NCBI RefSeq assembly: GCF_006345805.1
Contig: NC_043006.1
Location: 35,526,001-35,590,000, forward strand
Source: Octopus sinensis
Taxonomy: Eukaryota
Reading direction: 5' to 3'
Length of the DNA: 64,000 bases
Of the stretch, positions 42,180 to 53,191 are shown one piece after another. The notes beneath the pieces were generated by a model. That model was not told the origin of the DNA. It saw only the letters and a list, made by a program, of their open reading frames with translations, and ran no database searches. Within the stretch, counting starts at the first letter, position 1. Every line of letters begins with the position of its first letter. Both the position numbers and the translations under genes were made by a program.

Positions 42180-42577
42180 TACTAGCAGTATCGCCCGGCG
42201 TTGCTCGGCTTTGTAAGGGAAATAATTATATAAGCATTTTTAGAGATGTAAAGTATAATAGCCATCTCAATATGGCTAACCACAAAGGGGGAGGGGTGTT
42301 ACTGTAGCTTTTTACGTTCTGAGATTTAATAATAAATTTTAGAGAGTTACTTCCCTTATATAAGTCAAAAATGGATTAAAAATGGGAAAAATTGATGGTA
42401 AATTTTTTTTTAAATCGTAGACTCATCGTAGACGCGCGCTAATACCCAGACGGTCTCGATATGAATCACGACTATAAGATACCCGGTTTTGGTTAAACTG
42501 CACCGCAAAATGTGGGAGTAGTTAGGAATCTAAATCGTAGGAGACAGACACACAACCTCACTTTTATATATAAAGAT
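42180..42577 (+). mobile_element. Non-autonomous Helentron-type element (HINE/DINE-1-like)
   Basis: Starts TACTAGCAGTATCGCCCGGCGTTGCTCGG (subterminal hairpin) and ends ACAGACACACAACCTCACTTTTATATATAAAGAT. Confidence 0.65.
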
Positions 42578-42724
42578 TTCCTCTATTTACATAATATTGA
42601 GGTCTCTTTCTTTCTTTTGTTATCTTACTGTTTTTACCAATATACATATATATATATATAGTTACAGAGATGTACTTGCATAGCAAGTGACTTGATCTGA
42701 GATCGTGTGCTGGAACGAAAACAG

Positions 42725-42981
42725 TTGCAGCGTTGAAGGTGTTTATAAGCCATTTAAGAAACACACAAAAACCGTTAGATTCACTTCAACATTTAAATTT
42801 AATTTGTGAAAATATTTTCGTCGCTTTGAGACCGCGACCTGTTAGCACGATTTTTGTCAGTGAACAGGTCGCGGTCTCAAAGCGACGAAAATATTTTGGC
42901 AAATTAAATTTAAATGTTGAAGTGAATCTAACGGTTTTTGTGTGTTTCTTAAATGGCTTACAAACACCTTCCACGCTGCAA
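42725..42981. repeat. ~257-bp palindrome (PLE terminal-repeat-like hairpin)
   Basis: Arms 42725-42843 and 42863-42981 are reverse complements with about 4 mismatches and a 19-nt spacer. Confidence 0.93.
42853..42903 (+). ncRNA. Hammerhead-like motif with G3:C8 covariant core
   Basis: TTTGTCA-GTGAACA-g-GTCGCggtctcaaaGCGAC-GAAAATATTT-TGGCAAA: stem I 7 bp (one G.U), stem II 5 bp, palindromic AATATT stem III, UUU triplet. Confidence 0.6.
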
Positions 42982-43074
42982 TATATATATACACACATAT
43001 ATATATATATATGTATGTATGTATGTGTGTATATGTGTATGCATGTATGTGTGTGTGTGTGCGTGTCTGTGCTT

Positions 43075-43280
43075 GTGATTGTCCTCCACCACTGCTTGAC
43101 AACGAATGTTGGTTTGTTTACATCCCTGTCATCTAGTGGTTTGACAAAGGAAACAGATAGAATAAGTACAATGCTTACAAAAATAAAACTGGAGTTGATT
43201 CATTAAACTACAATTCTTCAAGGCATTGCCCCAGCATGGCCACAGACCAGTGGCTGGAAAAAGCAGAAGAATAAAAGAAT
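43075..43280 (+). mobile_element. SINE family B tail half (others at about 15690-15870, 25020-25270, 46660-46780)
   Basis: GCTTGACAAC...GATAGAATAAGTAC...CCCCAGCATGGCCACAG...AGAATAAAAGAAT. Confidence 0.7.
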
Positions 43281-43346
43281 ACATTCTCTGCTTTGGTCTT
43301 ATGTTCAGGCATGAGAAAGCTTGAGTTTACATGAGAAGGCCTAACA

Positions 43347-43630
43347 GACCTGGTAGAAACAGCAGCCAAATCTCCCTCAAATCACACCTTACTGTCTTAT
43401 GTATGTATATATATATGAGCCAATGAGGGGGACCTCTACATGGTAGCTAGACCTGGTAGAAATAGCAGCCAAATTTCCCCCAAATCACACCTTACTGTCT
43501 TATCTATGTATATATGTATGTATGAGCCTATGAGGGAGACCCCTACATGGCAGCTAGACATGGTAGAAATAGCAGCCAAATCTCCCTCAAATCACACCTT
43601 ACTGTCTTATGTATGTATATATATATATAT
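43347..43630 (+). repeat. Minisatellite, ~2.7 copies of a 103-107-bp unit
   Basis: Unit GACCTGGTAGAAATAGCAGCCAAATCTCCCTCAAATCACACCTTACTGTCTTAT... starts at 43347, 43450 and 43557. Confidence 0.92.
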
Positions 43631-43971
43631 ACAAGCCACTACGGTATTTAATGTAAAGTCTTCCTCAAATCACTCTCGCTATTTACTCTCTTCCAAGAAC
43701 ATTTTCACTCACTCTTATCTCTTAGCTTGCCATACATTTTACTCATGTATCTATCAGCGTGATAGACAGAAACAAATATTACATCGCCATCGCCATCGCA
43801 TTCTATTGTCTACCTGCCACACACACACAGTGAATTACTTTCATTTTATTCGTTGCACACTGTGTGTGTGCGTGTGCGTGTGGTGTAAACCACATTAAGA
43901 AAAGCATTTGACATACACACCAGAATGTGAGTTTTCTGTAAATTTTGCTTAATTGGAGTTTAAATTTTAAA

Positions 43972-44106
43972 AACTGGACCTGGCATGACCCGATGCATTC
44001 TACTCTTTAAAATGCTAGGTAAATTGTAATTGAAGAAATCCTATATTGTAGATTTCTATAACTGACAAAGGGAGGCAGATAAAATCTGCCTTTTATAATA
44101 AGAGAT
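43972..44106 (+). mobile_element. Short HINE-like element
   Basis: Starts ACTGGACC...GACCCG and ends AGGCAGATAAAATCTGCCTTTTATAATAAGAGAT (stem-loop plus HINE-like terminus). Confidence 0.45.
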
Positions 44107-44592
44107 TTATAAATGACCGCATTATATTACTGGTATTACAAGTGTTTTTGACAAAAGGCCATGGAATATTTATCTCCGGCACTTTATATTTTGAGTTCAA
44201 AATTGGCTGTTTTACTGGTACTTTATTTTATCGACCCTGAAGCCAAAGCAAAATCGATCCCGGCGTTATTTGAATTCTCTGATCAAATATAACCGGAAAA
44301 TACCGGTCTTCTATTCAGGCCGGAATAATTAAAATGATCTTACTCATTGATTAATATACATTCTTCGCGGGATAATTATTTCTAATTAACTTTTTAATGA
44401 CCACTGCATGAGAAATGTTACTAATAATGCTATTAAATACAGAAAATTATTAACATCAGCAGACATTTATATGACTTTCCCGTTATTCCAACACAACACT
44501 AAATTTAGCTGTTTACAACGGAGAGCTTAATATTTTTCTTGTAACTAGGCACAACGCCAATTTGGAAAGGTTTTTGATGATGGTGGTGGTGG

Positions 44593-44633
<41 letters not shown>

Positions 44634-45374
44634 AAGAGGAGGCGGAAGGGGAAAATAACCGTGATGATGATGGAGTGAAGCAGGAAGTGGAGAATAACCA
44701 TGATGAGGAGGAGGAAGAGGGGAAAGAGGAGGCGATAACCATGGAGATGAGGATTATGACGATGATGATGTTGATGATGATTACGATGAATACTAAGAAA
44801 TGTTGACGAAGATGATGGCGATAATGAGAACGATAATAATGATGGCGACGAAGATGAAGACGATTATGACAAACGAAAGGAAGGGCTGGAAAAAGAAGAG
44901 CAGGAAGCTAATGACGATAACGGTGTTGATGATGATGATGATGATGACAACGAGGATAATGATGATGACGACGGCGATATAGTCGATTGAATTACCTCCA
45001 GTTACTTAATTGATCAACGCAGATATGGCAGAACTAACCGATTTGATTATTTGCCAACCTAGCAACCGCCATTTATTTTCTCAATGAACTACCGAGGAGG
45101 AGCCTTTGATAGACAGATGATAGATTTAGACTGACCGTTAGGTTTGCCAGAAATAGCAGTTAAATTACCCGCAAATCCCTCCACCCAAACATATTCATCT
45201 TTTTTTAATTGCATAAAATGTCATATAACATACATAAAACTAAATTAGATCTGAATATATATATATATATGTAACAGAGTTGTTTTAGTCCACACGGGTA
45301 GAAATAAAGGAAAAATAGAAGTTGGAAATGCACTGAGAATAGTTAAAATATTTTTATTATTAATATATTTAAAG

Positions 45375-45413
45375 CTTTAACTGGTTTCACAGTTTTCACT
45401 GATTTTCAAAAAG
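45375..45413 (-). ncRNA. Degenerate U3:A8 hammerhead motif in an older PLE terminal repeat
   Basis: Minus strand reads CTTT-TTGAAAA-tCAGTgaaaACTGt-GAAACCAGTT-AAAG. Confidence 0.5.
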
Positions 45414-45784
45414 TTGAAATAGAAAGACGTGGCATATGTTGCAGCTGTCTTGCTTCTGAATAGTGTTTGAAGCTTGCCCCTATTTTTATAGGGAGTTCAT
45501 GGTTCATTTTAGTATGTTTTGAATAGGATGTTATTGGTAGAGGATAGTCACATGACTGGTTTTAGAAATGTTCATAGGTTACCCGCTACGTCCGTATCAA
45601 GTGACAATGTTTGGCGTCGTATGTTAAGGTTGATACGGTGGACCGAACTCATCCAAACAATCTATGCTTTGAATGTTTTTTGTCAAGTGTCGGTAGAGAA
45701 GGAACATATGATTAAGTTATAACATTTTTGTACGTTTCCCGCTACATCCGGGAGTTAGTGTCACGTGACAGTATATTTTGATAA

Positions 45785-45894
45785 TACAGTTCTATATTTA
45801 AGAGATGAGGAATTATATACATTATTTATATTATTTACATTACAGGAGCACGGTCTACTAACCCCAAGATTCCCAGTTCGTTTCCAGACAGAGA

Positions 45895-45961
<67 letters not shown>

Positions 45962-46060
45962 GTAATAATCATAATAATAATAACAACAACTACAACAACA
46001 ACAACAACAACAATAACAACAACAACAACAACAACAACAATAATAATAATAATAATAATA

Positions 46061-46095
<35 letters not shown>

Positions 46096-46238
46096 TCGGA
46101 ATATACCTTAGGAATGAGAACCCAAGTTCGAAATTTCCCCCAAGACACCTGATGAAGGCTGGAGGGCATACCAGCCGAAAAGTTGTGTTAACAACAAACA
46201 CGATGAGGACAAATATCTGTCAAATGTAAATAATGAGT
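45785..46238 (+). mobile_element. Non-coding element: tRNA-like head + (AAT/AAC)n + hammerhead tail (copy 2)
   Basis: B-box-like GTTCGTTTCC at 45876. HHR GACAC-CTGATGA-a-GGCTGG..CCAGCC-GAAAAGTT-GTGTT at 46144-46189. Short terminal inverted match TACATTATTT..ACATT / AATGTAAATAATG. Confidence 0.78.
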
Positions 46239-47107
46239 ATATTTTTAGCCTAAAAATGAGGCCGACACGGTTGAATGAACATGTTTAGTTAATCAAGGCA
46301 TTCCAAAATTAATATGTCTGGTGGGAGAACGGAAGAAATCGTTTGTATGTAGTTCTGTGACTATAGCGTAGGTTATTAGCTGTGTAGGTTTCTCACGTTA
46401 AGTGGCAGAATGAGTTTTGTGTCTGAATAGTTGTCTGTGTACACTGTTGAAGTTTGTTAAGTCTTGGTCCGTACTTTTGTATGAAAGTATTTACTTTGAT
46501 TACCCTTGCTTCATCTGTGGTGTTCGCTGAACATAGGTGGAGTGGGAAACCTGGAATTTGGGGGACATTTTTGCACACATGTCTGTGCGGCCTCGCAGTC
46601 GACGTAGCGGCGAACCTATAAACATCTCTAAGACCAGTCATGTGACCGACAAAAACAGTACCAGACTTAAAGGAATATGTACTGGATTCGATTTGTTGGA
46701 CGACGCCCTTCCAGGCGGTGCCCCAACACGGCCGCAGTCCAATGAGCGACACCAGTAAAACGCAGAAGACAAACGATACAAGATGAAAGATAATCAATAC
46801 AAAGCAACAGAATTTCGAATCGAAAAAGAAGAAAACAAATGAATATATATACTTCATATAAACGCCGGCACTTTACCGTTTTTCTTCCTTGCAGGTTCCA
46901 CTTCCTGTAAATTAATTAATTATTTAATACAAACCCAGAGGTTTTTTCTTAAGCTTCAACGTCATTATCCATTATTTAGCTTTTGTTCTCCAAGAACGCC
47001 CACATTGCTTGGGTTTCTTTGTTTTTTGTTTTGTTTCACTTTCGAAATCGATGCGAATTCCTGTTGCTGTTGCACATCTTTTTTTATAGTTACGAGGTTA
47101 TTATTAC

Positions 47108-47138
<31 letters not shown>

Positions 47139-47454
47139 GGTAGTAACAGTAGTTGTTGCTGTTCATGCCGTTGCTGTTGTAGTATAAACTGAAGTTTTGT
47201 GAATTCCTTTACAGTTCATATCTAAATAATTGTAGGAAAATAGCAATTTACTCCATATGTATATGTGTCTGTGTGTCTCTGTGTGTTTGCGCGCTTGTGT
47301 GTACATACACACATACATACACACACACATATATATAAATATATATATATATATTTATATATCTATGTATATATGTGTGTGTGCGTGTGTGTGTGTGCAT
47401 ATATACAAATATATTTATATATATAGATATCCATATATATATGACTGCATGTGG

Positions 47455-47501
<47 letters not shown>

Positions 47502-48045
47502 ATATATTACATATATTTTACGCACACACACATACACACACACACACATATATATGCGTGGGTGTGCATATTTTTTGTTGTTTTATCTACATATGTACAT
47601 ATATATGTATACAACTATGCCTATACATTTTCATATAGGTTTGTGTACTCGCGTGTATGAATGATTGCGAGTGGGGTTTCCCTCAGTGTTTATATATAAA
47701 TATGCATGCCTGCACGCATATATGAAAGTTACCATGAATAAATACAGATATGTGCAAATATAAGTACATAATACATACACACATATTTAAACCTATATCT
47801 TCTGTTTCAAGAGTTATTGACCGTCTACATCAAAGTCAAATGTCAGCGTAAAGTATAAGTAAAACAAGTTTCATGCATAAAAATAACCACAGAGTAACTT
47901 TTTTGACCAGCCGCCATATTCAAATCGATTTTTTTGTTTTAATCTAATTTCCTCTCTACTCACCTGTGGCTTTTCTCCCTTTATCCGCCCCCACATCTTT
48001 CCATCATCCAGTATATGTGTGTTTAACGCGTAGTAAACACTCTTG

Positions 48046-48392
48046 TGAAGGCGCAAGCCTCAGCGTTTAAAGCATTGGACACACAATCATAGGGTAGTGA
48101 GTTCGTTTCCTGCACCGTTCTGTGTGTTGTGTTCTTGAGCAAGACATTTTATTTCATGTTGCCCCTGTTCACACACCTGTAGAAATGAGTTGCAACGTCA
48201 CTGGTGCCAAGCTGTGTCAGCTTTTGCCTTTCCTTTGGATAACATTGGTGGCGTGAAGAGGGGAGGCTAGCATGCATGGGTGATTGCTGGTTTTCCATAC
48301 ACACTCTTGCCCGGGCTTGTGCCTCGGAGTGTACCTTTCTAGGTGCAATCCCATGGTTATTAATAGCCGAAGGGGATCTTTACCCTTTACCG
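48046..48392 (+). mobile_element. SINE family D-type copy
   Basis: GGCGCAAGCCTCAGCG...GAGTTCGTTTCC...GTGTTCTTGAGCAAGACATTTTATTTCA...tail ending CTTTACCCTTTAC. Confidence 0.72.
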
Positions 48393-49607
48393 TTTTAAGT
48401 AAAATCTCACACCGGCTTTGATGTATGCATCTATCAGCCAATATTAAAGCTGTTAAATTCCAACGAGCCCAAATTCGTCCTTAATCCATTTGAGGATCTA
48501 TAAAAGGAGTACCAATTGACCAACGAGCTCGATGCAGATTGACCCCCTCCTACACCCCATTTCCGAAGTTGCGTGCCTTGTAGTAAAATTTGAAACCAAT
48601 ATTACATCTGTTAGACTACCCACACAGATAACTGTGTAGAACCAGCTGCACTTTCTTGAAATACCAATTGTAAAAATCTTGTGCAAAGTTTACTAGAAGC
48701 TCAATAAACAACACTCCTCGGTCTTTTGGACGAAAGGTGTCCATGGTGTGGTTTCGTTGCCTTTAGGTGCTCATTTAGTCTACGAATATTAATACCCTGC
48801 TTCACTAAATGCACACCTGGCTACCAGACCAGAAATTTATGAGTTCTCGCGCATATATATATATCACGAAGATGGGTGGCTGTTAAAACCCCTTAATTCA
48901 TGCAATATTTGATCGGTCTTGGTCTTCATGCTGCACAGTGTCCACTGACCAACCAGTTCAAATGAACAGGCTTTGTGGAGTTACCCGTTAAAAAGCAATA
49001 CAAGTATATCATGTTTACGAGGCGAGCATGGGTCACATAGAATAAGTTGTACTATTATATAATTGTTGTTTATATTGCTGGTGTGTCTATACCAGTTATT
49101 GTTGAAACGATTGTAGCGAAGGAATAAATGTAATATCAACAACTCCATTTTTGGACTATTTAGACACACATATATATTATATGTGTATGTGCGCGTGTTT
49201 GTGTGTCAGTATGTCAGTGTGTGTGTGTCAGTATGCCAGTGTGTGTTTGTGTGTGCGCGTAAAATCTCTTTTCAATCAGTCAGGCGAATAGAGTTTGACA
49301 GCTGTCATTTCTAATGATGACATGCAATGATGTACGAGGAGTCACTGTGATGTCGGAGTGTGTCGTGTGAGCAACAGTGTAATGCTTCGTATACACTAAT
49401 ATGTGAGAGTGTCTGTGATTCCCCAGTGTTTGTGAGCATGACTATCCGTATATGCACATATACACAAACGACGCATCGTTTCACATGAGTATGTGTGTGA
49501 TGTTTATATAAAAATGTGATTCTCTTAGGAGGTGATGAACAACCAAATTACAAATAATATTCCCAATATTTCGTTCTTGTCACGCGCTCTCAATATGACT
49601 CTTTTGC

Positions 49608-49652
<45 letters not shown>

Positions 49653-49750
49653 ACTTCTATCTTTCTGTCTATCTGTTTTTCCGATTATATTTAATACACA
49701 GACAAACACACCTATAGAATTATACACACACACACACACACATATATATG

Positions 49751-49833
<83 letters not shown>

Positions 49834-50051
49834 CATATATACATATATGTGTGCGTATGTGCATGAATATATATATATATACATATACATCCACACACAA
49901 GGGTACATATGCATAAATCAAACAGCAATCACACCTACACAACCTTATATAAACTATAATCGTATATACTTACAAAACAGGCAGAGACACAAACATGCAC
50001 AGATACACACACGCACCCACACTCATACACACACATATATGTATACGTACG

Positions 50052-50083
<32 letters not shown>

Positions 50084-50118
50084 GATAAGAAAGTTTGTTT
50101 GGTAAAGCACGTGGGTGA

Positions 50119-50709
50119 ATATATAAGAAAATAGTAAAGTGTGAAAAAACGACAGAAGGCTTAAATGTTAAAAAATATATATATTTGTGTCAAAATGTCT
50201 GGAGAATATTGGAAAAATTTTTTTTTCCCTTTCCTTAAAATGACATAATTTTAAAAATTTTTAAAGAAATTACCGGTTTCGCGTGTAGCTTTTCAAATTT
50301 CTTGTGACGTTATGTTTATATTGCATGGAATTATCGTTGTTTTTATTTCCAGGAGATTTCTAAATAAGGGGAGGTAGTGAGTGATTTTTCCGGTGTAGGG
50401 GAGATAATCGCTTAAAAATTTTTTTTCCTTTTTCCTTGTTAATTTCTCTGTGTCAGTATGTTCGGATGGTTGAGTCTGGGTTTGTACTTTTCAATGAAGA
50501 ATGTTTCCTTGTTCAGTCTCATTTGTGTTGATGATCCGAAAGCACATTGGTAAAATGGGAAGATTAAAAATTGTGGCAGTAGTTGCTTTGCGCATTTCTC
50601 AATGTGCTCACTAAAAGGTATCATTCTATATTCTGGGAATGCAATCTGTTGTCGATGCAGTGTGCATCTGCGCCTGAGTGATAGTCCCGTGGAACCCACG
50701 TAGTCTTGG
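50119..50709 (-). repeat. Inverted arm of PLE (3' UTR/pseudo-LTR plus GIY-YIG 3' portion)
   Basis: Reverse complement of 52747-53342. ORF 50439..51011(-) reproduces the same DYVGSTGLSL...LTQRN peptide. Confidence 0.95.
50264..50303 (-). ncRNA. Mirror copy of the U3:A8 hammerhead motif in the inverted PLE arm
   Basis: Exact reverse complement of 53152-53191. Confidence 0.72.
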
Positions 50710-52388
50710 ACACCAGGACACAGGCTGGAACCTAGTAATAAGGAAAAACCGAAGATAATCAATCTTTCAACCAAACCTCTTTCTAACATAAAAATTGACA
50801 TCCTCGCAAAAGGGCTCAAATTTACACCAACTCCACGCAGAGCAAACCTAAATGAACTCAAGGATAATATAACAGAATTTTGCAGAAAATTAAGACTAGC
50901 AGAAGCATCAAACAGTTTCAATACTGAAGATGAATCACTAGTCAAGAACAAAAGTGAACACATCCCACACAGAGGAAGAAATAAAGATCTTGACGAATTC
51001 TGTAACCACATTGAGAACTTCCCCTACCATACTATACATAAACAGAAAGCTAACCCAAATTTTAACACTACACAATGGAAAGAACTGATAGAACTCCAAA
51101 ATGATGAAGATATAACCATTAAGGAAGCGGACAAGGGAAATGCAGTTGTAATAATGGATACATCATACTACAGAAATCTTGTAATTTCCTTGCTTGATGA
51201 AGACCTACATTATGAAAAAATTACCAACTACACCCCACAAAAAGTAATGAAAACTCTATCTTCACTAATTAAAACCCATGAAAAGGAACTGACAACCAAA
51301 GAGATTGATTTCCTAACAAACTTTAAATGCAAACCTAGCCTTTTCTATGGTCTGCCAAAAATTCATAAAAGTCAAATTATAAATGAAACCATTAAAAAAT
51401 CACCAAAGACATACATACACACACCTAATCCGGGGGACCTAAAACTACGACCCATTGTAGCTGGCCCAACCTGTGAAACACACAGACTAAGTCTACTTAT
51501 GGACATCCTCTTGAAACCCTTCCTTAAACATATCGATAGCCATATCAGAGATGACTTAGATATGTTAAACCACCTCCCAAAAAAAACCAAGGAAGAAACA
51601 ATCCTGGTTTCATTTGATGTAGTCAACTTGTATACCAGTATTCCTCATAATTATGGACTGGAGGCAATACAATTCTGGTTAGACCAATTTCCGGAAGAAA
51701 TACCAAAAAGGATCAGTAAGGAATTCATTACTAAATCAATTGAATTCATCCTACACAATAACCACTTCATGTTTGACAATACATTTTACCGTCAAAAATC
51801 CGGAATTGCTATGGGTACAAGGGCAGCACCAATCATTGCGAACTTAACAATGGGATACATGGAAATAATCATTTACCAGGAATCTCTATCAATCTTTGGA
51901 AACTCCCTCTCTCAATACATAAAAGAGAATTGGAAACGATTCCTAGACGATTGTTTCATTCTCTGGAATGAAAACATAGATAAACTCCTAAAATTTAAAA
52001 ACCTATTGAACAGCATAAACCCAAATATACAGTTCACAATGGAATACAACCAAAAGGAGCTCCCGTTCTTGGATATACTAATTAAAAAAATTAACCTTAA
52101 AATAGAAACAGACATTTTTTACAAAGCCACAGACGCCAAACAATACCTTCTTTTTAATTCATGCCACCCAAGACACACTAAAACAAACATCCCCTTCAAC
52201 CTTGCAAGAAGGATATGCACAATAGTGTCAGAACAAAATACCAGGAACTTTAGACTGCAAGAACTCAAAAACACCCTAATTGACAGACATTACCCAGCTC
52301 AACTCATAGAGGATGGGATCAGACGTGCAACAGAAATCAACATAGAAACTTTAAGAAAAGTTCAACACAACAACACACCTCCCCGAAA
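50704..52388 (+). CDS. PLE reverse transcriptase, open frame, N-terminally truncated by the inversion
   Basis: Frame is open from 50704, upstream of the ORF-track Met at 51154. Motifs: LAKGLKFTPTP, IKEADKGNAVVIMD, FYGLPKIHK, LRPIV, SFDVVNLYTSIP, YRQKSGIAMGTRAAP, WKRFLDDCFILW, LPFLDI, YLLFNSCHP, all typical of PLE RTs. Confidence 0.93.
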
Positions 52389-53017
52389 ATACTACCTTAC
52401 ATATCTACATACAACCCCAGAAACAAAGAAGCCTTCACCATCATCACCCAGAATTTACCAATACTTCATAAAAACCCAAAATTAAAGGAAATTCTAAACA
52501 TACACCAAATCATTAAAAGCTACAAACAGCCTAAATCACTTAAAAAGATTCTCACAAAGGCAAAATTGTCTTCTAAAATTACGGATGCAAAAGTAAAAAA
52601 ATGTGGTAGATCGAACTGTGCAACATGTCCTAACCTATTGGAAGGATCAGAATTTTTCTTTAAAGAGGGACAGAAATTAAGATCAAATCTAACTTTACTT
52701 GTGCCTCTGAAAACATAATTTATGTTATTAAATGCTCGGGCTGCCACCAAGACTACGTGGGTTCCACGGGACTATCACTCAGGCGCAGATGCACACTGCA
52801 TCGACAACAGATTGCATTCCCAGAATATAGAATGATACCTTTTAGTGAGCACATTGAGAAATGCGCAAAGCAACTACTGCCACAATTTTTAATCTTCCCA
52901 TTTTACCAATGTGCTTTCGGATCATCAACACAAATGAGACTGAACAAGGAAACATTCTTCATTGAAAAGTACAAACCCAGACTCAACCATCCGAACATAC
53001 TGACACAGAGAAATTAA
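52389..53017 (+). CDS. PLE linker, Zn-finger and GIY-YIG endonuclease (continuation across two single-base frameshifts)
   Basis: After a shift near 52385 the frame reads ILPYISTYNP...KKCGRSNCATCP. After a shift near 52680 it reads NFTCASENIIYVIKCSGCHQDYVGSTGLSLRRRCTLH...RLNKETFFIEKYKPRLN, with stop at 53015-53017. Confidence 0.88.
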
Positions 53018-53151
53018 CAAGGAAAAAGGAAAAAAAATTTTTAAGCGATTATCTCCCCTACACCGGAAAAATCACTCACTACCTCCCCTTATTTAGAAAT
53101 CTCCTGGAAATAAAACAACGATAATTCCATGCAATATAAACATAACGTCAC

Positions 53152-53191
53152 AAGAAATTTGAAAAGCTACACGCGAAACCGGTAATTTCTT
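53152..53191 (+). ncRNA. Minimal type-I hammerhead ribozyme motif, U3:A8 core variant, in the PLE 3' terminal repeat
   Basis: AAGAAAT-TTGAAAA-GCtacacGC-GAAACCGGTA-ATTTCTT: 7-bp stem I, 2-bp stem II, palindromic stem III ACCGGT, GUA cleavage triplet. Confidence 0.72.

Larger units (their letters stand above)
45265..46660 (-). mobile_element. Older PLE 3' remnant (GIY-YIG C-terminus + terminal repeat) interrupted by the 45785-46238 element
   Basis: Minus 46420-46600 encodes QIPGFPLHLCSANTTDEARVIKVNTFIQKYGPRLN, which aligns with QFLIFPFYQCAFGSSTQMRLNKETFFIEKYKPRLN of the young PLE. 45545-45595 and 46602-46650 form an inverted pair. Confidence 0.6.

Noticed and set aside
17431-48110. Functional tRNA genes at A/B-box motifs
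   Set aside because: All continue into SINE bodies and lack complete cloverleafs.
50439-51011. 190-aa minus-strand ORF as an independent gene
   Set aside because: It is a chimera of antisense RT sequence and the inverted GIY-YIG arm created by the inversion junction.
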